Of a DNA stretch of 38,761 bases, positions 8,201 through 16,375 are shown in pieces. A program made the translations under genes and the position numbers. This stretch comes from a virus (Duplodnaviria; Caudoviricetes), in IMG/VR virus record IMGVR_UViG_3300020440_001284, positions 1 through 38,761 of that record. One strand, given 5' to 3'. Below the pieces are notes generated by a model, which saw only the letters and a list, made by a program, of their open reading frames with translations, made no database searches and had not been told where the DNA came from. Position 1 is the first letter of the stretch, and each line of letters starts with the position of its first letter.

Positions 8201-8348
8201 CTATCGCCTTTACTAATTGATTCAGTATTTTTGTGTAATTCAATACTGCTTCAAGTTTTTCTTTTTGTGTCGTATCACCTTCTACTACTTCCATCATCTT
8301 AGGAAATTGTTCAGTTAATTGTTTGTTTATTATAGCTTCTGATACCAT
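8187..8348 (-). CDS. small hypothetical protein (53 aa, not in ORF track)
   Basis: MVSEAIINKQLTEQFPKMMEVV...KAIDGQD*; fills the gap between neighbouring genes and overlaps both. Confidence 0.55.
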   Translation of the reverse strand: MVSEAIINKQLTEQFPKMMEVVEGDTTQKEKLEAVLNYTKILNQLVKAIDGQD

Positions 8349-9301
8349 TGTTTGTCAAGTCCTACTTTGGTTTTTGTTTTAGCTAATACTGCTCCTATAC
8401 AGGATCCTGGATCACCTGGATTCTGTGGCACATGTACACCTTCCCACTGTACTCTAATAAGATCAACAGCCTTTTTGTTTAATGCTCCACCTCCTGCAAG
8501 TGCTAGGTGCTTTGAACCTGTTTTTACTTTAGCCCAAATACTTAGTATGCTTACACAGTATTCAAATATACTTTGTGTTGCGGCCGCTATATCATACATA
8601 TCTTGTTGACTCTTTAGTTCGGGCCTCCACCACATACATCCTCTGTGCAAGTTGTGCTTCATTTTAATCTTATATGGTTTTGCATTTTCATGGTTGACAT
8701 CTATTATTTCTTCACGCATTGTAACACCTAATCTCTTAGCGTTACCTTTCTTAGCCCATTCAGATACTAGATATTCGTCACGTTGTGGCACAAGACCCAT
8801 ACGCTGAGTCATAGCACTATAAAATAATCCTAAACTATGTGGATAGCTCTGACTGTATATTTTACGTAGTTTATTATTTTTGCCGTGCCAAATAGTAAGT
8901 GTCTCAAACTCTCCTATACTATCTAAACAAATTACTGCACAATCGTCTTCGGGTTGTGTATAATATGCATAAGCCGCATGTGAAAGATGATGTTGGGTAT
9001 ATGATATAGGACAATTTATCCCCCACTTATTAAGATAAGCCTTGATATCATTTTCTTTGTATAGCCAACCTTGGCCTGCTTTTAATTGACGTAGTGTCTT
9101 AAGGAATGGACGTTCATACCAAACAACTTTTGTAGGTGGTCCAAAACTTTGTCTTGCCACTTCAATTTGTGTCCAGTTAAAGTCAGGATCATTTGGAACA
9201 CCACTAAAATCTTTTGAAAGACTTGCCCAAAGCAGATCATTGTCATCGAAAACTGCTAAACTTGCATCGTGGCTGTTTCCAACCATACCCCATTTAATCA
9301 T
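8330..9301 (-). CDS. carbamoyltransferase N-terminal (Kae1-like) domain, NodU/CmcH family, stand-alone
   Basis: HDASLA, HHLSHAA, DSIGE, SLGLFYS, LAGGGALN, PGDPGSCIGA; no C-terminal YrdC-like domain; start refined to 9301. Confidence 0.85.
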   Translation of the reverse strand: MIKWGMVGNSHDASLAVFDDNDLLWASLSKDFSGVPNDPDFNWTQIEVARQSFGPPTKVVWYERPFLKTLRQLKAGQGWLYKENDIKAYLNKWGINCPISYTQHHLSHAAYAYYTQPEDDCAVICLDSIGEFETLTIWHGKNNKLRKIYSQSYPHSLGLFYSAMTQRMGLVPQRDEYLVSEWAKKGNAKRLGVTMREEIIDVNHENAKPYKIKMKHNLHRGCMWWRPELKSQQDMYDIAAATQSIFEYCVSILSIWAKVKTGSKHLALAGGGALNKKAVDLIRVQWEGVHVPQNPGDPGSCIGAVLAKTKTKVGLDKQWYQKL

Positions 9302-9515
9302 TATATTTTGTCCATAACTTATGTAATATATAAAACCAAAAACCATTAATAGCAGGTTCAATTAATGCAACTGCACCTGCCTCCCATAGACTTGCACCTG
9401 TCATTATTCGCACAACTGTCATAGCGATTACAACATGACCAAGGGTATAAACTACAGCCAATGCAAGACTATTATTCTTAAAAATACTTACTATACCTTT
9501 TGTGAACTCACTCAT
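9294..9515 (-). CDS. small membrane protein, DUF2061-like
   Basis: two hydrophobic helices; SL...YT..H..IA..V...TG....AG..A.IEP......Y..H..W pattern. Confidence 0.65.
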   Translation of the reverse strand: MSEFTKGIVSIFKNNSLALAVVYTLGHVVIAMTVVRIMTGASLWEAGAVALIEPAINGFWFYILHKLWTKYND

Positions 9516-9616
9516 TTGTAAATAAAAGGATCCTTCTTTTTAAGTTCTTCGATTTTCTTTTTAACTGCACGTTTGCGTTTCCAATCTGCAATAAAATTTT
9601 TCAACCATTTAACCAT
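9512..9616 (-). CDS. 34-aa basic peptide ending DPFIYK (not in ORF track)
   Basis: MVKWLKNFIADWKRKRAVKKKIEELKKKDPFIYK*; GGAG upstream; ATGA overlap with the next gene. Confidence 0.7.
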   Translation of the reverse strand: MVKWLKNFIADWKRKRAVKKKIEELKKKDPFIYK

Positions 9617-10611
9617 TTTTTGCTCCTTAATCTAATTTTTAATTCATTAGATTCTGCGGCACTAACAATGCTGTACAATGTATATAATCTTCCATACTTT
9701 GCGACTGCATCGCCAATGTCATTTATATTGTCGGCCCATTCAGGTAAACTTACGGACCATCCAAGCTCTATAGCTTGATCTATTAGTTTGCTACCTGCTT
9801 CGTCTTTGTCAGGCACAACAATAACTTGTTTGCCTACTTTATTAATTAGCATAGCTTGTTGGTCTTTAACCTCACTTCCGAGAAGTGCTACGCCATCAAC
9901 TTGTATAGCATCTATTGGACCTTCACACACAATAGTAAACACTTTGTTAGGTCCTTGTTCATCTAATCCATAAACAAAACCAGGTTGTTGTTCACTCATG
10001 TACTTAGGTTGCTTGCCTGGTTGTACTGTTCTTGCGGTCCATCCTACAATTCTTTTTTCATAGTAGAAAGGAATGATCAAACGATCTCTATAACCTAGTT
10101 CAGGTGTCCAATAGTAATCTGTATCGTCCATAAACAGATTTCTATCTTTCATGTATTCAAAAATTTTAACTAAGTTTTTATCTACGCCTGTAGGTTCTAA
10201 CGCACAGTAGTCAGCCCAATCTTGTATCTTACGAGCTGAGTCAGGTAAAGACACTGTATTAAACTTTGGCAATTCTACAATTGGCTTAGTAACTTGTACG
10301 CCTTCGTTTTCTTGCATTACTGTTAATGCAAGTTTGTTTATTACATCATCTGGTGTGCCAAGCCAAGCAAGTAGTCTACGCATCTTACCACTTAGGTTAC
10401 GTCCTTGTTGCCAACTTGCTTTGTAACCACAGTTGAAACAATGATAACTTACACCACCATCTGGGTTTGTAATAAGTCCACCACGCTGTCTTTTATCTGC
10501 ACTGTCTCCATTGTGTATACAACAGGGTGCATTAAACGAAGTCCACCCACTAGGAGTAGTCTTACGCTTTGCTGGCAAGTATTGTGTTATTGTATCATAG
10601 ACTAAGCTCAT
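9601..10611 (-). CDS. gp61: DNA primase (T4 gp61/DnaG-like)
   Basis: Zn ribbon APCC...YHCFNCG; RLIIPF..GWTAR; TOPRIM CEGPIDA and PDKDEAG. Confidence 0.9.
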   Translation of the reverse strand: MSLVYDTITQYLPAKRKTTPSGWTSFNAPCCIHNGDSADKRQRGGLITNPDGGVSYHCFNCGYKASWQQGRNLSGKMRRLLAWLGTPDDVINKLALTVMQENEGVQVTKPIVELPKFNTVSLPDSARKIQDWADYCALEPTGVDKNLVKIFEYMKDRNLFMDDTDYYWTPELGYRDRLIIPFYYEKRIVGWTARTVQPGKQPKYMSEQQPGFVYGLDEQGPNKVFTIVCEGPIDAIQVDGVALLGSEVKDQQAMLINKVGKQVIVVPDKDEAGSKLIDQAIELGWSVSLPEWADNINDIGDAVAKYGRLYTLYSIVSAAESNELKIRLRSKKWLNG

Positions 10612-10617
10612 AGTATT

Positions 10618-10646
10618 ATTATACTATATTGTAGCCTTAATGTCAA
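10618..10646 (-). promoter_or_regulatory. consensus sigma70 promoter, predicted leaderless primase mRNA
   Basis: TTGACA (10646-10641), 17 nt, TATAAT (10623-10618), 6 nt, ATG 10611; no SD. Confidence 0.85.
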
Positions 10647-10649
10647 GTA

Positions 10650-10847
10650 TTATTTCGTTAATTTGAACAAAATAAATTCATTGCCGTTCTCTGGCTTGAC
10701 TGTGATAGCAGGATCACCTGATGGTGCTTGTTTTCCTACATAAGTCCATTTGTAGCCTTGTGCTATCTGTTCATTACTTCGTTCGATAAATTCTGCATTG
10801 TTGGCTGAAGCCAGAGCCACAAAAATGACTGCTAATAGATCTTGCAT
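10650..10847 (-). CDS. small exported/membrane-anchored hypothetical protein
   Basis: 65 aa with N-terminal hydrophobic signal-like stretch. Confidence 0.6.
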   Translation of the reverse strand: MQDLLAVIFVALASANNAEFIERSNEQIAQGYKWTYVGKQAPSGDPAITVKPENGNEFILFKLTK

Positions 10848-10859
10848 TTTAGTGCCCTT

Positions 10860-11627
10860 CTAGTTTCTGATTAAGATTTTATCTATGCTACCAGTGTTGC
10901 CAGAGTCATTTGTTTTTACAAAACGCAAATAACTAAACACACCATTAAAGTTAACATAGTGTGGTGCTGTTGGACTTGATAAAGTCGATGTTGTTATATC
11001 AAACCAACTAGTGCTAGTATTGTCTCCAAGTGTCCCTTGTACTTTGACTGTACCAGCAAATCCTGTTGAATATATAGCCGCAGTGTGCAATGCTTCATTA
11101 CTATTAATGTGTGGTTCTGCATCCACCACTGAACTTATATCATCTAAAAATGTAACTACTGATTTACTTTCTATTGGTCCTGGAAATGCAGAACCTGATA
11201 ATTCAATAGTGCCGCTGGCCCCAAATTGATCATCTGCATATGTAAGCGTATTAGTAGCATCAGATGTTTTGTTAAGATATACAACATAACTTAGATATTG
11301 ACCATCAATATTAAGTGTATCAGCGTCTGTAATATTGATTGTAAACTGTCCTTTATAACTAGGTGTACTAGTTTCTTTGATTGTACCTGTATAACGTTTA
11401 AGTAATACATCGTCCTCTGTAAATACTTCTACGTACGGTGTGTACGTATTAAGTATTGATAATGGTTTATGGTCGCTATTTTTAATTTCAAAGGTAATAA
11501 CATTGTCTATACCCTTGGCTATTTTTATGTTTCTTTGATACACTTTTCTATACTCCGTTTTGCCGGCAAAGCCATCTGAGACTACTACCGAATGATTAGT
11601 TGCTAAATATCTTGATACTAGTTGCAT
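10860..11627 (-). CDS. hypothetical beta-rich protein, possibly virion structural
   Basis: Thr/Ser-rich two-domain beta pattern; preceded by AATAAATA late-like motif (11654-11647) and AGGA. Confidence 0.6.
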   Translation of the reverse strand: MQLVSRYLATNHSVVVSDGFAGKTEYRKVYQRNIKIAKGIDNVITFEIKNSDHKPLSILNTYTPYVEVFTEDDVLLKRYTGTIKETSTPSYKGQFTINITDADTLNIDGQYLSYVVYLNKTSDATNTLTYADDQFGASGTIELSGSAFPGPIESKSVVTFLDDISSVVDAEPHINSNEALHTAAIYSTGFAGTVKVQGTLGDNTSTSWFDITTSTLSSPTAPHYVNFNGVFSYLRFVKTNDSGNTGSIDKILIRN

Positions 11628-11659
11628 ATAAATTTCCTAACTAGTGTATTTATTGGATT

Positions 11660-12031
11660 ATGCTGAGAAAAGACATAGAAGAAAAGTTTCCGTTTTTAAG
11701 CGTCGTTACATACGGCGGATCTGAATATATCGGAATAATAAACAATCAGGATGCTTTTATAACAAGCATGTACATATACACGGACCTACGGTCTGATAGT
11801 GATAAAGCTAAGTTTATTGAATTAGGTGAAGTATGGTGGTGGGAATCAAATAGAATGATACCTATTAATATATTCCTGCAAAAAGATATGGATCAGTTTA
11901 GATACATTTTAATGACTATGAATAGTAAAGATGTAAAAGTATCCCTAGGGCCTACAGTAAATCTTAATAAATTATCCGTGAAGAGAATAAAACGTAAAAG
12001 TGTACAGCTCTTAAAAAAGCCACCTAAGTAA
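11660..12031 (+). CDS. conserved phage hypothetical protein
   Basis: 123-aa plus-strand ORF filling the gap; FPFLS..EYIGII..WWWESNRMIPINIFL. Confidence 0.75.
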   Translation: MLRKDIEEKFPFLSVVTYGGSEYIGIINNQDAFITSMYIYTDLRSDSDKAKFIELGEVWWWESNRMIPINIFLQKDMDQFRYILMTMNSKDVKVSLGPTVNLNKLSVKRIKRKSVQLLKKPPK

Positions 12032-12269
12032 TACTATTCTTATATTGTAGATAGGTAAAATAATCAATTACAATTAATTGAAAGAAGAATCCTAACGGCG
12101 TAAGTATCGCACCGAATAATATTAATGGTACAAGTATAGTCCAAAACATTATACGCCATAAGTATGTGCCTACTAACTCTCTTGGCCATATCCATGTGAG
12201 CCAGGGGCCAGGATCTTTTGGGTTCTTTGGTCTAAAATCTTCGAATTCATATTGCATTAACATCCTCAC
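12024..12269 (-). CDS. small membrane protein
   Basis: 81 aa with a long hydrophobic C-terminal half. Confidence 0.55.
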   Translation of the reverse strand: MRMLMQYEFEDFRPKNPKDPGPWLTWIWPRELVGTYLWRIMFWTILVPLILFGAILTPLGFFFQLIVIDYFTYLQYKNSIT

Positions 12270-12807
12270 AGATTAAGTTCATGTGTACCACAACAGCTAC
12301 AGCATAACTGACAGCGTGTGCTTTTTTGAAGAAGTATCCTTCTTCTGGCTTTACCCAAACTTGATCCATTATAGTATTCCAATCACTATCTTGCAGATGT
12401 CTTTTTGCTGGACGTATGATAGCCAATACAGCGGCCAGTTGTGGGATATTTCTTGGCTTTAGTTTTTTGATTAAGTCGTGATGTCCTGATACATGAAACA
12501 CCAGATCGCAAAAGTCTTTTGTCTCTAACAGTTCCCATAAAGGTTCCTTGTTCATTAAGTGTCGTAAGTGTTCTTCGTCTCTTACCTTGTCGTATATACT
12601 TACATTAAGAAAGTCTAACTTAAAGTAACCTCTATCCTCTGCTTTTTTATAATCAACAGTACATAGATTGTCAACTGGATTGTGTGGACATTCTGTTACG
12701 TACACTCCAGTGTTATGTTTTTTACCTGTATCTAATTTTGCCACACGATGCTTTAGTTTTTCAAGTGCTATCGTTCTGTCAGCAAAGTCGATATCAATAT
12801 CAGGCAT
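12247..12807 (-). CDS. dnaE: miniature DnaE-like polymerase catalytic fragment (186 aa)
   Basis: starts at MPDIDIDF; KHNTGVY, GYFKLDFLNV, LAAVLAIIRP, YFFKKAHAVSYA match DnaE palm/finger motifs in order. Confidence 0.85.
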   Translation of the reverse strand: MPDIDIDFADRTIALEKLKHRVAKLDTGKKHNTGVYVTECPHNPVDNLCTVDYKKAEDRGYFKLDFLNVSIYDKVRDEEHLRHLMNKEPLWELLETKDFCDLVFHVSGHHDLIKKLKPRNIPQLAAVLAIIRPAKRHLQDSDWNTIMDQVWVKPEEGYFFKKAHAVSYAVAVVVHMNLICEDVNAI

Positions 12808-12975
12808 TTATATTGTCCAGCTCTTTAGTTGTTCTTTAGTAGGTACCATAGGATCTACTTTTTCTATTTTGCCACCCTTAGCTAAAAACTTAGCCATACG
12901 CTCATCAAGTTGTTTTTGTAATTCTTGTGGTGACGGAGTCGTATAATCTTTTTTATCTTTACTATCTCTTATCAT
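12808..12975 (-). CDS. SutA-like small protein (putative RNA polymerase-binding)
   Basis: LDERMAKFLAKGGKIEKVDP resembles the SutA core (FLxxGGKV/I); start refined to ATG 12975 (ATGA overlap with def). Confidence 0.55.
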   Translation of the reverse strand: MIRDSKDKKDYTTPSPQELQKQLDERMAKFLAKGGKIEKVDPMVPTKEQLKSWTI

Positions 12976-13490
12976 TTCTTTGCCTTTGCTTCTGCATCTG
13001 CTACTGCTTCTTTCCATTTAACCGGTGATACATGTTGATCCATGGTAACTCCATCTAGGTGATCGCATTCATGCATAAAGCAACGAGCTTGATATCCGAA
13101 TAATACTTCTGTAAACTTTTTACCGTTGTGATCTGTCCAAGTTGCCTTAATTCTTTCTGGCCTTTCTATGCTTATAACAATACCAGGATAACTTAAACAA
13201 GCCTCATACATATCAATTGTCGGTGTATCTTCAATTGGTTCCCAGCTAGGGTTAAGTGCTAATACCTTTGTGTCTATATTATTATTAGCCTGGTTGTTTA
13301 AAAACACAAAGCATCTAACCTTTAATCCAACTTGGTTAGCGGATAAACCTATTCCAAGATTTTTAACCATTACATCTAACATAGCATCTCTAAGTACAGA
13401 AGCATCATACTGAGGATTTTCAAAATCCCATTCTTCAGTTAGCTTGGTTTGTAATAGCTCATTTGGGTGAGTAATTAGTTCTAGTTTCAT
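12972..13490 (-). CDS. def: peptide deformylase
   Basis: GIGLSANQVG, EACLSYPG (EGCLS motif), HECDHLDG (HExDH). Confidence 0.93.
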   Translation of the reverse strand: MKLELITHPNELLQTKLTEEWDFENPQYDASVLRDAMLDVMVKNLGIGLSANQVGLKVRCFVFLNNQANNNIDTKVLALNPSWEPIEDTPTIDMYEACLSYPGIVISIERPERIKATWTDHNGKKFTEVLFGYQARCFMHECDHLDGVTMDQHVSPVKWKEAVADAEAKAKK

Positions 13491-13499
13491 ACAATCCTC

Positions 13500-14063
13500 C
13501 TATTCTTTATCTTTGTAAAAGTAGTCAACTACAAATACTCTTTTATTATCACGTACAGGATACGACCCATGTAACACTGTACTCTTAAAAATCAAAACAT
13601 CACCGCGATTAGGCTTGTAGCACAAGTCATGTGTATTACCTTGACCGTCGTACAAATAAGCAAAAGTAGCACCATGCCATGAACTATCATCATTGTCTGG
13701 CTCTGTTAAGTAGCACACTGCACTAATTTTCTTAACATCTTGGTCGCTATGCCTATGTGCTTTTTGCCAACCACCTTTTCTGTATTCTACAGTCCATAAT
13801 GCACACAGTTCTGTTAGTTCTATATTTAACCCTACTTCGTCTAGTTTTTCTTGTAAAAATGGCTTGTACTTCCATTCATTCAAAAATGCTTGTGGATGTA
13901 TATTCCACTGTTTACCTCTGTATGTGCTAGTCTGATCACTTACATCCTCACGTGTCTCTGACGGGAATACTTTCTTATCCCAATGATAGTCAAACTCTTC
14001 ACTATCGGGGTAGTGTGTTTCTATAATCCACTGATGTTGATTTCCTAGTAGATGTGTTTTCAT
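13500..14063 (-). CDS. putative 2OG-Fe(II) oxygenase
   Basis: HRH...ISAVCYL...GDVLIFKS.VLHG..P...R DSBH pattern. Confidence 0.75.
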   Translation of the reverse strand: MKTHLLGNQHQWIIETHYPDSEEFDYHWDKKVFPSETREDVSDQTSTYRGKQWNIHPQAFLNEWKYKPFLQEKLDEVGLNIELTELCALWTVEYRKGGWQKAHRHSDQDVKKISAVCYLTEPDNDDSSWHGATFAYLYDGQGNTHDLCYKPNRGDVLIFKSTVLHGSYPVRDNKRVFVVDYFYKDKE

Positions 14064-14746
14064 AGATTAGATTCCTTTGCAACTTCTTTAACAACTTCAA
14101 CATCTTTTGGATTTCTCTTGAAACGTAATGCCCAATGTTGTGGTTCAATAATTGTATATACAAATCCTAGTTGTTCATCTGTAAATTTACTTAACATCTC
14201 TTTACCTGATGTACAATTAAGTACAAGCCAAGGACTTACCTTGCCATCTTTTATATCTCTAGTTACTCTATTTAAACTTGCATATCTAAAGTAGTCATGC
14301 CAAGGTGCATCGATTTCAGCAGACCAATCCATCATTGTATTGATTGATCTCTCAATAGCTGTATCCATACTTTCTTTAAGTACTAGTTCTGTTGCATATT
14401 TCTCGTACAACTCATCACGACACCAGTGGTCAAGTTTGACTCTGGAAGTAACAACGTAATCGATATATTTCTCTGGGTAGAGCGGTCGTACATTGTTAAC
14501 AAAACTGCCGAACTTAACAAAAGCGTTATAATAAGGACTTGCACAAAAGTCTTCATATGTTTTTTCTTTTTTTGTACCTGCACTTAGTTTATAAAATCTT
14601 GTAAATGCATAGTAACCTGTCTGCACACGTTTCTCGTCTTTTTGCAATCGACGCCTCTTTTTCTCACACATGTGAACTGCCAAAGTTTTTTCTCTTGTAA
14701 ACGATGCTCCGCAGTATTCACATTTGTATGGTTTAGAGATTGACAT
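14060..14746 (-). CDS. conserved phage protein with N-terminal C2H2/C2HC-type zinc finger
   Basis: YKCEYCGASFTREKTLAVHMC; start refined to 14746. Confidence 0.7.
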   Translation of the reverse strand: MSISKPYKCEYCGASFTREKTLAVHMCEKKRRRLQKDEKRVQTGYYAFTRFYKLSAGTKKEKTYEDFCASPYYNAFVKFGSFVNNVRPLYPEKYIDYVVTSRVKLDHWCRDELYEKYATELVLKESMDTAIERSINTMMDWSAEIDAPWHDYFRYASLNRVTRDIKDGKVSPWLVLNCTSGKEMLSKFTDEQLGFVYTIIEPQHWALRFKRNPKDVEVVKEVAKESNL

Positions 14747-15191
14747 CTTTTTTATTAGTCCCGTGGGCTTCTGCGAGCCCTTGTAATTCCTTTTTTGTAG
14801 ATATTCTAGCAAGTAATTCTACCTCTTCTTGTTTCATGTTAGGATATAGATTCATTAAAAATTTTACCGATTTGTTATTATCCGATGATCCTTTTTTCTT
14901 GTATCCTATCCATTCGTGGTATGCAATATTCTTTGTGTTTCCGCTCAAGCATAGTAGTTGCCATAGCAGTTTTTTATGTTTTTGTAAAGTAAAGAAATGT
15001 TTGTTATAGTATTCGTTTGTTTTGAATACAGCAAGTTCTTGCTTTTCTCTATTACCCTTAACACTCGATACATATCTGTTAAGCAAATAGAAACTTACTT
15101 GTTTCTTTTCTTCATCTGATAGTTCGTCCCATATATTCATGGCACCCATATCTACTGCGGCTAGTATGTCTTTTATTGGAAGTTTACTCAT
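14733..15191 (-). CDS. gp62: probable clamp loader small subunit (T4 gp62-like)
   Basis: F.LLNRYVSS...N......HKKL.WQLL...WI pattern, size and replication-cluster context. Confidence 0.55.
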   Translation of the reverse strand: MSKLPIKDILAAVDMGAMNIWDELSDEEKKQVSFYLLNRYVSSVKGNREKQELAVFKTNEYYNKHFFTLQKHKKLLWQLLCLSGNTKNIAYHEWIGYKKKGSSDNNKSVKFLMNLYPNMKQEEVELLARISTKKELQGLAEAHGTNKKDVNL

Positions 15192-15723
15192 AATATGCTA
15201 CCGAATCGCTTTTATATACTTTTACATTATAGTTGATTTTGTCAAAGAAGTCAACCAGTTTCTTGTTATAACGGGCACGTTTGTTTTCAAAAAGTACAAC
15301 AGGTCTCCACTTTAGTATTGTTTGAATAGCACCTTCAAGCACTTCTAATTCCATTCCTTCTACATCAATTTTGATAAGATCAACCTCTTTTAATTCAAAT
15401 CCGTCTAATGTTCTTACTGATACACTGTATTGTTTAAATCCTGTTACGTGTCTTACAATACTACCATGTTGTGGATTTTCAAATCCGTTATCTGGTATTG
15501 TTAATACCCGTTCTTCTCTTTTATTGCCTAGTGCAAAAGGAAACTTTTTCACAGTGTTTGGTATTCTTAAAATACTTTCTGGATTTGGTTCAAATGCATA
15601 TATACGCTTGAACTTGTCTACAAAATCTATACATGTATCTCCGTCATGGGCTCCTATGTCAATATAGGTACGGAAGTTTTTTACATATGGAATTGCCCAA
15701 TCATTTATTTTTTGTACGGTCAT
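15184..15723 (-). CDS. FkbM-family SAM methyltransferase
   Basis: IDIGAHDG, AFEPNP, IKIDVEGME..VLEGA; start refined to 15723. Confidence 0.88.
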   Translation of the reverse strand: MTVQKINDWAIPYVKNFRTYIDIGAHDGDTCIDFVDKFKRIYAFEPNPESILRIPNTVKKFPFALGNKREERVLTIPDNGFENPQHGSIVRHVTGFKQYSVSVRTLDGFELKEVDLIKIDVEGMELEVLEGAIQTILKWRPVVLFENKRARYNKKLVDFFDKINYNVKVYKSDSVAYYE

Positions 15724-16375
15724 TTTTATAATTCCATAGATGAACATCTTGTTCTGTGTTAATTTCAACACCATCAAATTCTGTATGAAAGCAACCTATG
15801 CCTATTCCAATCTTAAGCCAACGTAGCTGTTCTAAGTTTTCAACAGTTTCTTCTAAGTATACATCTAAGTGTGGGTATTTAGATAGTGCATGATTCCTAT
15901 ATCCGTATATACCAAGATGCCAATCTCCATAACCTGTCATACCTCTACCAAACCATAAACAGTTGTTACCTGCTCTAACCATTTTAACTGAACTAGGCTT
16001 GTTCTGTTCTTCCTCACGCATATCAGTATACAAAGTAGTAACATTATAATCGTCAAGTCCTTTTACTACTTTATTAATCATTGCTGGAGTAATGTCAGGC
16101 ATATCTCCTTGCACATTTACATAGTTGCCATAGTTTAAATCTTTTGCGGCCATTGCACATCTTTCTGTTCCATTACGTGCTTCTCCTGTAATGATAAAAC
16201 TAGGAACTATTTCTGCTATCTCTAAACTGTCTGTAACAACATAAGTATCGTAATCAGTTTGCACACAAGCATCGTATACTCTTTTAATAAGAGGTACTCC
16301 ATCAAGTTCTACTAACATTTTATTTGTTAGTCTTGAACTTTTTAATCTTGCGGGTATTAATATTGCTGTTTTCAT
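15701..16375 (-). CDS. kdsB: 3-deoxy-manno-octulosonate cytidylyltransferase (CMP-Kdo synthetase)
   Basis: IPARLKSSRL..KML, GTERC, NVQGD.P, HLGIYGYR, LEQLRWL. Confidence 0.92.
   Translation of the reverse strand: MKTAILIPARLKSSRLTNKMLVELDGVPLIKRVYDACVQTDYDTYVVTDSLEIAEIVPSFIITGEARNGTERCAMAAKDLNYGNYVNVQGDMPDITPAMINKVVKGLDDYNVTTLYTDMREEEQNKPSSVKMVRAGNNCLWFGRGMTGYGDWHLGIYGYRNHALSKYPHLDVYLEETVENLEQLRWLKIGIGIGCFHTEFDGVEINTEQDVHLWNYKNDRTKNK

Noticed and set aside
5084-12807. The two dnaE ORFs as halves of one split or intein-spliced polymerase
   Set aside because: Both cover the same catalytic region (PD.DID and KLD) and neither has intein ends, so they are paralogs rather than complementary halves.
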